A DNA stretch of 64,000 bases from assembly GCA_020444175.1 (NCBI GenBank), contig JAHLLM010000003.1, positions 74,087 through 138,086 of the forward strand, read 5' to 3'. Positions 45,785 through 56,724 of this stretch are shown one piece after another (positions within the stretch are counted from its first letter, which is position 1; each line of letters opens with the position of its first letter). The notes under the pieces are model-generated. The model did not search any database. It was not told the DNA's origin and saw only the letters and a program-made list of their open reading frames with translations. A program made the position numbers and the translations under genes. The stretch is from Desulfobulbaceae bacterium (GTDB taxonomy: Bacteria; Desulfobacterota; Desulfobulbia; Desulfobulbales; SURF-16).

Positions 45785-48169
45785 ATGCCCACACTTACAG
45801 AAAAAAAACAGGAACTCCTTGCCCCGGCAGGATCGCTCGAATCATTTTTCGCTGCCCTTGAATCAGGGGCCGATGCCATTTTTTGCGGCTTAAAGGAATT
45901 TTCCGCCAGAGCCAAGGCAATTAACTTCACTCTGGAAGAGATGGAGCGGCTCAGTGCTTATGCCCACAAGGAAGGGCGCAGCCTGTATGTCACCCTGAAT
46001 ACCCTGATAAAAGAAAACGAACTCCAGAGAGTAGTTGAAGTGCTTGCGGCCTTGGCTTCCTGCCGCGTTGACGGAATTATCATTCAGGACCTTGGCGTCT
46101 GGAGACTTGCCAGGAAACATTTTCCAGAGCTTCCGCTCCATGCCTCCACCCAGATGACCATTCATAATGCCGCTGGCGTAAAAAAACTGGAAGAAATGGG
46201 TTTTTCCCGGGCCGTACTGGCCAGGGAACTTTCACTGGAAGAGATACAGGCCATAAGACGCCAAACCAAAATCGAACTGGAACACTTTATTCACGGCGCC
46301 CTCTGTTACTCGATTTCAGGCAAGTGTTTTTTTTCGTCTTATCTGGCAGGAAAAAGCGGCAACCGCGGGCGCTGCGTACAGCCGTGCCGCCGACAATACC
46401 GGGAGAAAGGCAAAAAAGGCTTTTATTTTTCCACAAGTGATTTCAGCAGTATTGAACTGTTCCCAGAGTTGATACAAGCTGGAATAATGAGCTTTAAAAT
46501 TGAAGGACGGATGAAAAACGCCGAATACGTTTCAACTGTTGTCAAAGCGTACCGCATGGTGCTGGATGCACGACCTTCAGAAAGGCATCTTGCAGTCAGA
46601 GAGGCGGCAAACATTCTCAAGCACTCCTATGGCCGAAAAACAACCAGAGGTTTCCTGCAAGGCCCCCCTCCTGACGATATTGTCCTTCCTTTCCAGAAAG
46701 GTGGGATAGGGCAACAACTGGGCAGGGTTGAAAAAATTGAAAAAAATGCCCTTTTTTTCCAAAACGACACGGTGGTGCATGTCGGAGACAGACTGCGCGT
46801 CCAGCCCAGAAAAGATCTGCCAGGGATCTCGTTTACCGTGAAAGAACTTGGGATTGGCAAAAGCCAGGTCAAACGCGCCCCTGCAGGAAGTTTTGTACGT
46901 ATCCCCACCCCATTCAACAAAAATCTAGGCAAAGGAGACCTTATTTACAAACTTTCAACAGGGAAGAGTTTTACTCTGAGCGAGGAAGCCTGCCGGCGAC
47001 GCCTTGCTGCCGTCTCGAGTCCGGCAGAGGAAATTGATCTCATGGTAGTATGCCGTGACTCTTTTCTGCAGCTTGAGGCCCGGGTCGCAGGCAGCATCTT
47101 TACAGAAAAATATGCCGTGGAAATGCAGACCGCATTGCATACTCCTTTAACAAAAGAAACGCTTCAGAAAATATTTCAGCAGACTGCCCACAAGAGCCTG
47201 ACTCTCTCCTCCTTGACAGCAGGACCTCTGCCACCGGTTGCCATAAAGCCCAGTAAGCTTAAAGAGATACGCCGGGACTTCTACAATATACTGGCGGAAT
47301 CAGTATCTGCCCTGCAGAAGGAAAATTTGACCAGACGAATCAAAAAAGCAGGCAAAAGCCTCCTGCACGCCTCACCCCCTCGAGCTGTCCACAAAGCGGA
47401 ATTAACCGCCTCGACCAGCATTGCTCCCAAACAGAACTGGTTAACCCAATACGAGACAATAAAAAGATTGCTTCTTCCCCTCAGTGAGGAGATTGTCCAA
47501 AAAGCGAAGGCAGAGAAGCGGCGGGATGAACTCCATGGAAAACAGATTATCTGGGACATTCCGGCTCTTGTTTTTGAATCACAATGGCCAGCCATCTTTT
47601 TACTGATAGACGAACTGATTGACTTGGGTTTTTCCTGCTTTCGGTTGAACAACCTTGCCCATTTCAGCCTGTTTAACGACAGGAAAAAAATATCGCTCAT
47701 CGGCGGCCCCTGGCTCTATGCCTTAAACAGTCAGGCAGCACTCGCCCTCGAAGAATTGGGGGCAAAGGAGTTCTCACTCAGCCTCGAGGACGACAGGGAA
47801 AACATGGCAGCCATCCTGAAAAAAGATATCACCATTGCGGCTTCGGCAACCATTCTCAGCCCCATCAATCTTGTCACCTCACGTATTCCAATGCAGGACA
47901 GGCAAAGCGGTACGGTTTTCGCAACAGATAGAGGAAAACATCTTTGGATGGATTTCTCTTCAGGTCTCACTGTTGGCACCGCAGGCAACACGTTTTCTCT
48001 GACCGGCCATCTTCAGGAGCTTCTCTCTATGGGCTGCGGCAAATTTTTCATCGATCTCGACTGGTTACAATTTTCAAAGGACAAAAGACAAGAAATCATG
48101 GCGGCAGTTGAAGAGGACTGTGCTTTACCGGGCACATCCCTTTTCAACTTTGAACGAGGACTGGAATAG
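45785..48169 (+). CDS. Peptidase U32 family protein (collagenase-like / YhbU-YhbV type)
   Basis: ELEHFIHGALCYSISGKCFFSSY matches the U32 signature E-x-F-x2-G-[SA]-[LIVM]-C-x4-G-x-C. Start set at MPTLTEKK. Confidence 0.8.
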   Translation: MPTLTEKKQELLAPAGSLESFFAALESGADAIFCGLKEFSARAKAINFTLEEMERLSAYAHKEGRSLYVTLNTLIKENELQRVVEVLAALASCRVDGIIIQDLGVWRLARKHFPELPLHASTQMTIHNAAGVKKLEEMGFSRAVLARELSLEEIQAIRRQTKIELEHFIHGALCYSISGKCFFSSYLAGKSGNRGRCVQPCRRQYREKGKKGFYFSTSDFSSIELFPELIQAGIMSFKIEGRMKNAEYVSTVVKAYRMVLDARPSERHLAVREAANILKHSYGRKTTRGFLQGPPPDDIVLPFQKGGIGQQLGRVEKIEKNALFFQNDTVVHVGDRLRVQPRKDLPGISFTVKELGIGKSQVKRAPAGSFVRIPTPFNKNLGKGDLIYKLSTGKSFTLSEEACRRRLAAVSSPAEEIDLMVVCRDSFLQLEARVAGSIFTEKYAVEMQTALHTPLTKETLQKIFQQTAHKSLTLSSLTAGPLPPVAIKPSKLKEIRRDFYNILAESVSALQKENLTRRIKKAGKSLLHASPPRAVHKAELTASTSIAPKQNWLTQYETIKRLLLPLSEEIVQKAKAEKRRDELHGKQIIWDIPALVFESQWPAIFLLIDELIDLGFSCFRLNNLAHFSLFNDRKKISLIGGPWLYALNSQAALALEELGAKEFSLSLEDDRENMAAILKKDITIAASATILSPINLVTSRIPMQDRQSGTVFATDRGKHLWMDFSSGLTVGTAGNTFSLTGHLQELLSMGCGKFFIDLDWLQFSKDKRQEIMAAVEEDCALPGTSLFNFERGLE

Positions 48170-48289
48170 ATGGCAATGCGCACTCTTCTGGAAAATACGC
48201 AGGACTGCAGATCTGAATGTCATGACGCTGCACTCCCGTTGACTTCTGCCTCCTGCCATAACCCACCGGAAGAGAATCGTCTCTAGCCA

Positions 48290-48430
48290 GTGTCTGTCCA
48301 TAAATAGGGCATTTTGTTCGAGATCAAGGATTGCGCAAAAAATTACCGGAGGCATATATGCGATATTCCGAGGATAATTTTTTAAGCATGACGCAGATAT
48401 CGGGCAAAAGGGCCATTTATGGACGGACAC
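48290..48430. mobile_element. 141-bp MITE-like element (16-bp terminal inverted repeats, 6-bp flanking direct repeat)
   Basis: Left end gtgtctgtccataaat and right end atttatggacggacac pair at 15/16 positions. TAGCCA lies immediately outside both ends (48284-48289 and 48431-48436). The 10-bp palindrome gcatatatgc sits near the centre. Confidence 0.5.
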
Positions 48431-48562
48431 TAGCCAAGGAATATTTCTGTTTCTGAGTTGTTTTGATTATATAATCTGACGTAGAACTCTTTTTTATGTG
48501 ATCACTCCCTGAAACCAAGAGACCCCAAGCCCGCGAGACGACAAAAAAGGACACAATACGTC

Positions 48563-49153
48563 ATGCTTACTCTTCGAAGCCTTAACAAAACTTTTTTTAC
48601 CGGCCTGGCCGCCCTTTTGCCGATTACGGCGACCCTCTACTTTCTTTTCTGGGTCATGGGCGCGGCAGAAACCTTTCTGGCAAGCATACTGCAACTTGTT
48701 TTACCCGACAAATGGTACCTTCCCGGCATGGGAGTAGTGGCCTGCCTGGTTCTCATCTTTCTGGTCGGACTTCTGATGGAATTTTTCCTGATCAAGTCTC
48801 TTGCCTTAAAATTTGAAAAAATTATTTACCGCGTACCTCTGGTAAAAAGCATTTACGGAGCAATGCGGGAGTTACTCAGCTTTCTGCTGCAGGGCGACAG
48901 CAAAGGGCCGCGCCAGGTTGTGGCCGTCAATTTTGCAGGCGACATAACCCTGATCGGCTTTGTCACCAAGCGGGACCTCACTTTCCTCAGAAGTGACGCT
49001 GTAAACGGAAAAATTGCCGTCTACTTTCCCCTGAGTTATCAGATAGGGGGTTACACGATAATGCTACCGGCGGACCAGCTTATTCCCTTGGATATCCCCA
49101 TGGAAAAGGCCATGCGCTTTGTGATGACCGCAGGAATTATAGAAAAAGAATAA
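48563..49153 (+). CDS. DUF502 family membrane protein
   Basis: N-terminus FFTGLAALLPITATLYFLFWV and overall 2-TM layout typical of DUF502. Confidence 0.7.
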   Translation: MLTLRSLNKTFFTGLAALLPITATLYFLFWVMGAAETFLASILQLVLPDKWYLPGMGVVACLVLIFLVGLLMEFFLIKSLALKFEKIIYRVPLVKSIYGAMRELLSFLLQGDSKGPRQVVAVNFAGDITLIGFVTKRDLTFLRSDAVNGKIAVYFPLSYQIGGYTIMLPADQLIPLDIPMEKAMRFVMTAGIIEKE

Positions 49154-49242
49154 ACTCATTCCAAAACAGGGTGAACTCCTGACAGCAACAAAGCTGACCG
49201 ACCAGAACAACCCTTTGAAACATTTAAAAGGGAGGAAAAGAC

Positions 49243-50106
49243 ATGGAAAAGCAGATATTAGTTACAGTGAGCAACGACACAACGCTTTACGGGATAGGAT
49301 TTGTCTGCTCTTTTTTCAAAAACCTCGATGAAACAAAAATAACCTTATTATGTGTGACATCCGAATCTCAATTAAACACGAGGAGTGATATTGAAAAGGC
49401 CTGGTATTCCCCGGATGAATTAAAAAAATCGACTCTCTCTTCAAAACAGAAGCGAGCGCTTGATGCCGCCGAAAAAATGTTTTGCAAGCATGGATTCTCA
49501 GACCAAAACATGGAGATAAAAATCACCTCAAAAAAACAGAGCATTGTTAAGGACATTGTTCGTGAAGGGCATGCAGGCCACTATGATGCAGTAGTTCTCG
49601 GCAGAGTCGGCACCTCTGCATTCGAAAGGATTCTTTCCGAAAAAGTGACCGATTCCATCCTCTCTGAATCAATAGATTTCCCGGTCTGGATCTGCAGGGA
49701 ACCTGAATGGGGAAGAAAAAACGTCCTTCTTTGCGTAGACGGATCAGACAGTTCCTTACGCATAGCGGATCACGTAGGTTTTATTCTAGCTGGTGAACCG
49801 GAACATGGAGTCACTATTTTTCACGTAAACCGAGGACAGGATCTGGATAGAGAAAAAATGTTTAACGACACCCAGCACATACTTGAAAAAAACGGTGTTG
49901 AACCTGGGCAAATCTGCCGTAAAACAGTTTCATCTCTGCGAATCGTCCATACTGTTGAGGCTGAAGCCCTCAGTAACGGCTACGCAGCTGTGGCGACTGG
50001 TCTGACAGGCCGTCACAAAGGCAAAATACAACAATGGCTGGCAGGGACCATAACCATGGAACTGCTAAAAAGGCTGGATAAGGTTGCACTCTGGACCTGT
50101 CGTTGA
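49243..50106 (+). CDS. Universal stress protein family (tandem Usp domains)
   Basis: Two ~140-aa halves, each starting with ILV..S/VLLCVDGS and containing a G..G-type ATP-binding-like stretch (VVLGRVGTSAFERIL). Confidence 0.55.
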   Translation: MEKQILVTVSNDTTLYGIGFVCSFFKNLDETKITLLCVTSESQLNTRSDIEKAWYSPDELKKSTLSSKQKRALDAAEKMFCKHGFSDQNMEIKITSKKQSIVKDIVREGHAGHYDAVVLGRVGTSAFERILSEKVTDSILSESIDFPVWICREPEWGRKNVLLCVDGSDSSLRIADHVGFILAGEPEHGVTIFHVNRGQDLDREKMFNDTQHILEKNGVEPGQICRKTVSSLRIVHTVEAEALSNGYAAVATGLTGRHKGKIQQWLAGTITMELLKRLDKVALWTCR

Positions 50107-50261
50107 GCTGAAAAAAGAGTACCATTCACCTCATCCATAACGAAATTTTGTAACAACAATAAAGCAAAAATTGTTATCAAAAAATCACGCTGAAAGCGAG
50201 GTACACGCCTGTTACCCAATCATCCATACAAATTAATTTTTCAGAACAGGAACTTCTTATT

Positions 50262-51344
50262 ATGATCAGTCTTGTTAAACCTTCCGCTTTAAAAGCAGGT
50301 CTCCCTCCCGGCACTCCAATTTACACAGGGCAACAAACCGGTACCGAAGTAAAAATAAACCTTATTGATTATGACCCCGAGCATTCACTCTTCCTGACCA
50401 CTGACCAGGTTGAGGAGTGCGCTGTGCATAAAGACAAGCCCACTGTAAGCTGGACCAACATTGACGGACTTCACCAGGCAGATAAGGTGGAAAAACTCTG
50501 CCAATGCTTTAATCTGCATCCCTTGACAGTGGAAGATATTCTTAATACCAGTCAGCGACCTAAAATTGATGTATTCGATGACTATGTTTATCTTGCGGTG
50601 AGAATGCATCATCATAATGAAAAGACAGGGAAAATTCTCAGTGAACAGGTCAGTTTTGTTCTGGGCAAAACTTTTCTGCTGACATTTCAGGAAACGGTAG
50701 GGGATACATTTGATTCAGCAAGAATCAGAATCAAAGAGAATAAGGGACGTATCCGCAAAATGGGCACTGACTATCTTCTCTATGCCCTTATTGACTCTAT
50801 TGTGGATAATTACTTTACCGTTCTTGAAAAAGTAGGTGAAGACATTGAAATGCTGGAGGATGAACTGGTTGAAAGACCGTCCAACGCAACAATGCAGAAT
50901 ATCCATTTCATGAAGCGGGAGATGCTTCTTCTTCGCAAAAGCATCTGGCCTCTGCGCGAAGTAATCAGCAGCCTGCGCCGGGATGAAATCCCCCTGATAA
51001 GCCAGGACATATCAATATTTCTCAACGACCTTTATGATCATATTATTCAGGTCATTGACACAATTGAAACATATCGCGATATGATCTCGGGCATGCTTGA
51101 CATCTATCTTTCATCCGTCAGCAACAGAATGAATGAAATCATGAAGGTGTTAACCATCTTTGCCGCCATTTTTATTCCCCTCACTTTTATTGCCGGTGTT
51201 TACGGCATGAACTTCAATACGGAAAAAAGTCCTTTTAATATGCCGGAACTCAACTGGTATTTTGGCTACCCTTTTGCCTTAACTCTGATGGTCGTTGTCG
51301 GCCTGGGTATGTTCATTTTTTTCAAAACGCGAAAGTGGTTCTGA
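50262..51344 (+). CDS. corA: CorA family magnesium/cobalt transporter
   Basis: YGMNF (GMN motif) between the two C-terminal TM helices. Typical length and cytoplasmic funnel domain. Confidence 0.9.
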   Translation: MISLVKPSALKAGLPPGTPIYTGQQTGTEVKINLIDYDPEHSLFLTTDQVEECAVHKDKPTVSWTNIDGLHQADKVEKLCQCFNLHPLTVEDILNTSQRPKIDVFDDYVYLAVRMHHHNEKTGKILSEQVSFVLGKTFLLTFQETVGDTFDSARIRIKENKGRIRKMGTDYLLYALIDSIVDNYFTVLEKVGEDIEMLEDELVERPSNATMQNIHFMKREMLLLRKSIWPLREVISSLRRDEIPLISQDISIFLNDLYDHIIQVIDTIETYRDMISGMLDIYLSSVSNRMNEIMKVLTIFAAIFIPLTFIAGVYGMNFNTEKSPFNMPELNWYFGYPFALTLMVVVGLGMFIFFKTRKWF

Positions 51345-51538
51345 TTTGACGGAATTCTTTACGGAGAGCTCTTTGATATGCTAGATTTTTAGAGGGATCA
51401 CAGAACGAGGAGAACCGATTGAAACTATCTGTAAACAATATATGCGCTCCAGTCTTTCCACTAAAAAAAGAATAAATGCAAGCAAGGTATACTGGATGGC
51501 GCTATTCACTATGAAATAAATAAACGAACGGAATTAAA

Positions 51539-52300
51539 ATGCCCAAAAGCCCCACGCTGGACGAGATGATGTCCTCGGAAATAAAACGAGATATTGCTGA
51601 ACGTTATTTCGGTTTTCGCAAGCTGATAGAAGAAGATGAGCTCGCCCTTTCAGAAAAAACCAGGCTCTACTCTTACATTCTGGAAAAACGCATCAGTTTC
51701 GACCTCATTCGCATCTATATCCTTTTGAGGAAAGAAAGTATAATACGGGAGTTTCTCGATCTTATCGGTCTCCACGAGACACTCTTCTATGATCCTTATC
51801 TCACTCAGTCTTCCACTATCATGAAGCGTGTTCTTTCCTGTCAACGGTTCCACGGGCTGTTCCGATCCAGCCGTTTCAAAAATTTTATTCTTGCTTGCTA
51901 CGAGAACCTGATCTTCCACACGGAACTCTACCACCGCAAGGTGAGCGAACTTCAAAATGAGCAGATCATGATTACCGAGGAAATTAAACAGTTCTACCGC
52001 GACAATGATCTCAGCGTCATTCTGCATTTTCTGCAATCCATTGGTGATCCGCAGGTAAGCGGATCAATGCAGGGTGGTCTGGAGATAGGGCTTGCCGAGG
52101 GACTGGACAAGAAGCTTACCATTACCCCTCCCCTGCCCATTGAACAGATATTGACCATCATGCCCGCCCTCAAACCGCTGGCTGAAATAAAATCATCTCT
52201 CAAACGCTTAATCAAAAAAGCCTATCTGATACAGCCACCTGAAATCCTTGCTCTCTTTGATCGGAAAGATACTGAGTGTGATCGTGCTGATACAAAATAA
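51539..52300 (+). CDS. Hypothetical protein
   Basis: 253-aa ORF with coding-like composition. No recognisable motif. Confidence 0.45.
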   Translation: MPKSPTLDEMMSSEIKRDIAERYFGFRKLIEEDELALSEKTRLYSYILEKRISFDLIRIYILLRKESIIREFLDLIGLHETLFYDPYLTQSSTIMKRVLSCQRFHGLFRSSRFKNFILACYENLIFHTELYHRKVSELQNEQIMITEEIKQFYRDNDLSVILHFLQSIGDPQVSGSMQGGLEIGLAEGLDKKLTITPPLPIEQILTIMPALKPLAEIKSSLKRLIKKAYLIQPPEILALFDRKDTECDRADTK

Positions 52301-52539
52301 CTCCCTTAAAAGCCCTCTTCCAAGTTCTTTTTCAGGAGTATCATTTCAGGAAAACCGTGCTTTCTTTAATTCGTGGAACAGCTCAGACAAGCCGACAGGG
52401 CCATGTATCACTCTAAACGTTCGGGGAAAAATATGTTACACTCTTTTCTTCTGAACTGCCTGCTGAACACGACGAAATGCCTTGATGAAGGGACAAGAGA
52501 CAGCCCATTTTTCGAAATTTAATCGTAACGATCTTCTTT

Positions 52540-54669
52540 TTATTCTGCCTGGAGAGCCGGCCCATAAAACTTACTGATGTACTCCTTGACCATGCGTCGA
52601 GTCGAAAATCCGGCCCCGGCCTGTTTGATTGCTTGTTTCATTATTGCTGTCCAGCTGTGCGGCACGCCATTTTCCTCGGTTTCATAATATAATGGCAGAA
52701 TTTGGTCTTCAAGAATGCGGTAAATCGCCTCGGCATCAGCAGCAGTTCTGTCACCGTGGATCGATTCTCCTCCAAAAATCCAACCGTTATTGCCGCCAAA
52801 ACCCTCCAGCCACCAGCCGTCCGCAATACTTAAGCCAGGAACGCCGTTTAAGGCCGCCTTCATGCCGCTTGTCCCACAGGCCTCCAGAGGCGGAAGAGGG
52901 TTATTGAGCCAGATATCAACCCCATGTACCAGATATTGGGCAAACTGCTCGCCGTAATCCTCTACAAAAGCGATTCGGCCACAGAACTCGGGATTTCTGG
53001 CAGCATTAAAAATCCGCTGCAGAATCATTTTGCCGGGATCATCGTTGGGATGTGCCTTGCCGGCAAAAATGATCTGAATCGGCTGCCAGCGATCAGACAG
53101 GAGTTTCATCAGTCTTTTTTCATCATAAAAAATAAGATCAGCTCGCTTGTAGGTTGCAAAACGACGTGCAAAACCGATGGTCAGCACAGACGGATCAAGC
53201 AGGGTTCCTCCTGTGACGGCTTGAGAGGGACTTATTCTATCCTCCGCCCAACGCTGTCTCGCCTTCTCCCGGATGGCATCCAGAAGTTTTATTTTAAGCC
53301 ACATATGAGTCTGCCACAATTCCTTATCCGGAATCTCATCTATCATTTCCCAGAGATAGGGGTCATCGTGATTTTCAAGCCAATCGGAACCAAGGTACTT
53401 GTTAAAAAGAAGTTCCAGTTTCGGTTCAATCCAGGTGGGAACATGAACACCGTTGGTAACAAATTCTATTGGCCCTTCTTCCGCAGACCGGTCGGGCCAC
53501 AAACTCTGCCACATCCGATTTGCCACCTCGCCATGTTTCCTGCTTACCCCATTTTTATAGCCGGACAGCCTTAAGGCGAAAGCAGTCATATTAAATCCTT
53601 TGTCCGGCTCATCAGGGTGCATGCCCAGCTGAAAAAATGTCTCCCGATCAATCCCCAGCGAATTCCAGAACGGGTGAAAATATTTTTCCATAAGTGTATA
53701 CGGGAAGATATCATGCCCTGCCGGCACAGGAGTATGAGTGGTAAAAACCGTCGTCTTCCTGACCTTTTCCAAGGACTCATCCAGGGAAAGTCCATCCTCC
53801 AGACGATCCCTGATTCTTTCAAGAAGTGAAAAAGAGGCATGTCCTTCGTTGAGATGAACAACGGCCTGGTCAATACCCAGTCTTTGCAATACCTCTGCTC
53901 CACCGATACCGAGAACGATTTCCTGCCGGAGTCTTTGTTCCAGATCGCCGGCATAGAGCCGGGAACTGATGCCTCGGTTCCAGGGGTCGTTTTCTTGAAT
54001 ATCGGTATCCAGGAGATAGAGAGGTATTCTGCCGACCATAACCCGCCAAACCGAAACATGGATTGTCGGCTCAATGAGCGGCACCTGTACCATCAGGTGC
54101 CGGCCATCTGGATCCGGCACCCTAGAGATGGAAGCTGCCTCACGATCGAGCTGGAACTGTACACTCTCCTGCCAGCCGTCTCCACTGATCCTTTGACTGA
54201 GATATCCTCCCGGATACATGAATCCCATGGCCACCAGGGGCACATTGAGATCACTGCATTCCTTGAGATGATCCCCGGCCAGAAAGCCAAGGCCACCTGC
54301 ATAAAAGGGGAGAGAGTGATGCAGGCCATATTCCGCTGAAAAATAGGCAATTCTTGGTGAGTCGTTGAGATTGCATTCCTGCAGCTCGGAACACCCTTTC
54401 TCTGCCATGTATTTGCTGAACTGCGATAAGACAAGATCATAATGCCTTAAAAAACCCTGTTCACCACAGGCAGATTCAAGAAAATGTGCGGGCAGTTCCC
54501 GTAGCATTCTGTCCGGGTTATGGATACTCTCTTTCCATACCCTCCTGTTTATTCGTTTAAAGAGATTCCGGGCTGCCGGATGCCAGCTCCACCACAGGTT
54601 TTCAGCCAGACCTTCCAGCCCGGCCAGTCGTTCGGGGAGATTAAAATGATTCTGAAGATTGTTTGCCAT
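52540..54669 (-). CDS. glgP: Alpha-glucan phosphorylase (GT35, GlgP/maltodextrin phosphorylase type with DUF3417-like N-terminus)
   Basis: PLP-lysine context EACGTSGMKAALNG, LAGDHLK, FFTTHTPV-like VFTTHTPVPAGHD. Confidence 0.9.
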   Translation of the reverse strand: MANNLQNHFNLPERLAGLEGLAENLWWSWHPAARNLFKRINRRVWKESIHNPDRMLRELPAHFLESACGEQGFLRHYDLVLSQFSKYMAEKGCSELQECNLNDSPRIAYFSAEYGLHHSLPFYAGGLGFLAGDHLKECSDLNVPLVAMGFMYPGGYLSQRISGDGWQESVQFQLDREAASISRVPDPDGRHLMVQVPLIEPTIHVSVWRVMVGRIPLYLLDTDIQENDPWNRGISSRLYAGDLEQRLRQEIVLGIGGAEVLQRLGIDQAVVHLNEGHASFSLLERIRDRLEDGLSLDESLEKVRKTTVFTTHTPVPAGHDIFPYTLMEKYFHPFWNSLGIDRETFFQLGMHPDEPDKGFNMTAFALRLSGYKNGVSRKHGEVANRMWQSLWPDRSAEEGPIEFVTNGVHVPTWIEPKLELLFNKYLGSDWLENHDDPYLWEMIDEIPDKELWQTHMWLKIKLLDAIREKARQRWAEDRISPSQAVTGGTLLDPSVLTIGFARRFATYKRADLIFYDEKRLMKLLSDRWQPIQIIFAGKAHPNDDPGKMILQRIFNAARNPEFCGRIAFVEDYGEQFAQYLVHGVDIWLNNPLPPLEACGTSGMKAALNGVPGLSIADGWWLEGFGGNNGWIFGGESIHGDRTAADAEAIYRILEDQILPLYYETEENGVPHSWTAIMKQAIKQAGAGFSTRRMVKEYISKFYGPALQAE

Positions 54670-55081
54670 GGCATCACCTGTTCATATGTCATTTTTTTTC
54701 ACATCGTCTGTTTTGTCAATTTCTGCCCTGTTTGGTCAAATACACTGGATATGAAGTTAATGGTTAAATCGTAGCAGATTCTGCGCGAGGTACATAGAAA
54801 GAAATGCCGGGATGGTGAACATCTGCAAGGTCATCCCGTTCTTCAGTGCCAATGCTTCAGGACAAAACTTTTTTCCCCTGTTGCCGCTATCAGCTGATAT
54901 CGTCAGGAATTAGTGTACAATAGGAAAGGTTAATAGTAGAGATAAGAGCAGGGAGAAAAATTGAGCGTTATGGAACATAAAAAACAACGCTTCTGCATTT
55001 TGTCTCATTTCTTTGCCCGCATTTCTGAAGTAAGATTTAAGAGCCTCTCTCAAAAGCATTAACAACTACGACATAAGACAT

Positions 55082-55912
55082 ATGCAAAAAATGACTGAGC
55101 AAAATTCATTCCAACAATGGCGGCTCAAACTGCACGAAATTATTTTTGAAGCAGACACTCCGGCAGGAAAACTTTTTGACATTGTTCTCATTCTTTCCAT
55201 TCTTTTGAGCATACTGGCCGTCATGCTTGACAGTGTAGCCGATATACGCAAGGAATACGGCAGTATTCTGATAACTGTTGAATGGTTTTTCACTCTCCTT
55301 TTCACCCTGGAATATATCCTCCGGTTTGCAAGCGTTGGACGCCCTCTCAAATATGCCACCAGTTTCTATGGCTTGGTCGATCTGCTTTCCATAATTCCTA
55401 CCTATTTCAGCCTGATTTTCCCGTCAAGCAAGTATCTGCTTGTTATTCGGGTTTTGCGTATTCTCAGGGTGTTCCGTGTCCTGAAACTTGTTCAGTACCT
55501 GAAGGAAGCGAACCTCCTTATCCAGGCCCTGCGGTCCAGTCAGCGCAAAATTACAGTTTTCCTGTTCACTGTCCTGACAATGGTAGTAATTTTCGGGTCC
55601 CTCATGTACGTTATTGAAGGGGAATCCAATGGCTTTACCAGCATTCCGCGCAGCATTTATTGGGCCATTGTCACCATGACCACCGTGGGCTATGGAGACA
55701 TTTCCCCGGCAACGAGCCTTGGGCAGGGCCTTGCATCACTTATCATGATTATTGGCTACGGGATCATTGCCGTCCCTACCGGAATTGTTACAGCGGAAAT
55801 GTCCAAATCCTGGAAAAAGGAACCGGTGTCAACCCAAGCCTGCCCTGAATGCAGTGCTGAAGGGCACGACCATGATGCCAGTCATTGCAAATATTGCGGA
55901 AGCAGTCTTTAA
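55082..55912 (+). CDS. Voltage-gated-type potassium channel with a C-terminal zinc-ribbon-like tail
   Basis: S4-like RVLRILRVFRVLKLV, selectivity filter TTVGYGD, C-terminal CPECSAEGHDHDASHCKYCG. Confidence 0.85.
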   Translation: MQKMTEQNSFQQWRLKLHEIIFEADTPAGKLFDIVLILSILLSILAVMLDSVADIRKEYGSILITVEWFFTLLFTLEYILRFASVGRPLKYATSFYGLVDLLSIIPTYFSLIFPSSKYLLVIRVLRILRVFRVLKLVQYLKEANLLIQALRSSQRKITVFLFTVLTMVVIFGSLMYVIEGESNGFTSIPRSIYWAIVTMTTVGYGDISPATSLGQGLASLIMIIGYGIIAVPTGIVTAEMSKSWKKEPVSTQACPECSAEGHDHDASHCKYCGSSL

Positions 55913-55957
55913 CCCCCAAAAAAACCAAAATCAACCAGCATACTGTTAAACAGAGTA

Positions 55958-56662
55958 ATGGAGGAACATTTCATGATATCAATTCGCTCATCCTGCAAAT
56001 ACTGTTGCATTCTTTTCATAGTGACCCTTTCTTTGTTCTTCCAGCATGAAGCCCGTGCCGTTGAATTGACATCCAACGCCCAAAATACAATAGACAGTAT
56101 TGCCGTTATGCCCTTCCTGCCCGGAGGCAAAGATGCGCAGCAGGCGAAAAAACTTGAAAAGACCCTGGATTGTCAGCTTCTCGGACTCTGTTACCTGGAA
56201 GAGGAACTTCAGACCGGTGCTGAAGAGACAATGACCTCCGTCTTTCAGAGGGAACTCAAGAAAATTCTCCCGCATAAAGTCGTTCCCAGCGGCCAGGTAA
56301 TGTCCGTATTTTCCAAAATGCCTAAAAATGAAAAAAATACCCCCCGTGACCTTGCAATCGCTCTGGGCAAAGAACTTCGGGCAAGCCATGTCATGGTTGG
56401 CCTGCTCTGGCGTTATAAGGAGAGGGCAGGAAGCCCTCTTACCGCCGAATCTCCAGCATCCGTTGCCTTTTCCGTTTTCTTAGTCAATGTAGAAAACGGC
56501 AGGCTTATCTGGAAATCTTCTTTTGACAAAACCCAGACTTCCCTTTCAGAAAACATCCTGGATGCCCCGGCTTTCATGAAACACGGAATGAAGTGGCTCT
56601 CTGCCGAAGAACTGGCAACCTTTGGCGCGAATAAGACGCTGAAAGATTTCCCTGTAAATTAA
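55958..56662 (+). CDS. Exported protein / putative lipoprotein of unknown function
   Basis: Hydrophobic N-terminus, then IAVMPF, a motif common in LpoB/DUF799/TolB-N-like periplasmic proteins. Start uncertain (alternative Met at 55973). Confidence 0.45.
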   Translation: MEEHFMISIRSSCKYCCILFIVTLSLFFQHEARAVELTSNAQNTIDSIAVMPFLPGGKDAQQAKKLEKTLDCQLLGLCYLEEELQTGAEETMTSVFQRELKKILPHKVVPSGQVMSVFSKMPKNEKNTPRDLAIALGKELRASHVMVGLLWRYKERAGSPLTAESPASVAFSVFLVNVENGRLIWKSSFDKTQTSLSENILDAPAFMKHGMKWLSAEELATFGANKTLKDFPVN

Positions 56663-56724
56663 ACACAATCTAAAAGTCATAAATAGCGGAGCAGCTATCA
56701 ATGTAAAGCTGTTGTTCCGTTTCC

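Noticed and set aside
50107-50261. Possible Mg2+ (M-box) riboswitch upstream of corA
   Set aside because: The leader is only ~155 nt and lacks the conserved M-box helices and sequence blocks as far as I can recognise them.
53586-54339. 162-aa and 166-aa ORFs inside the glgP locus
   Set aside because: They are in alternative frames or strands of a clearly identified alpha-glucan phosphorylase gene. The same reasoning applies to the many 60-175-aa overlapping ORFs elsewhere, such as 3448-3954, 13722-14249, 20441-20872 and 9090-9578.
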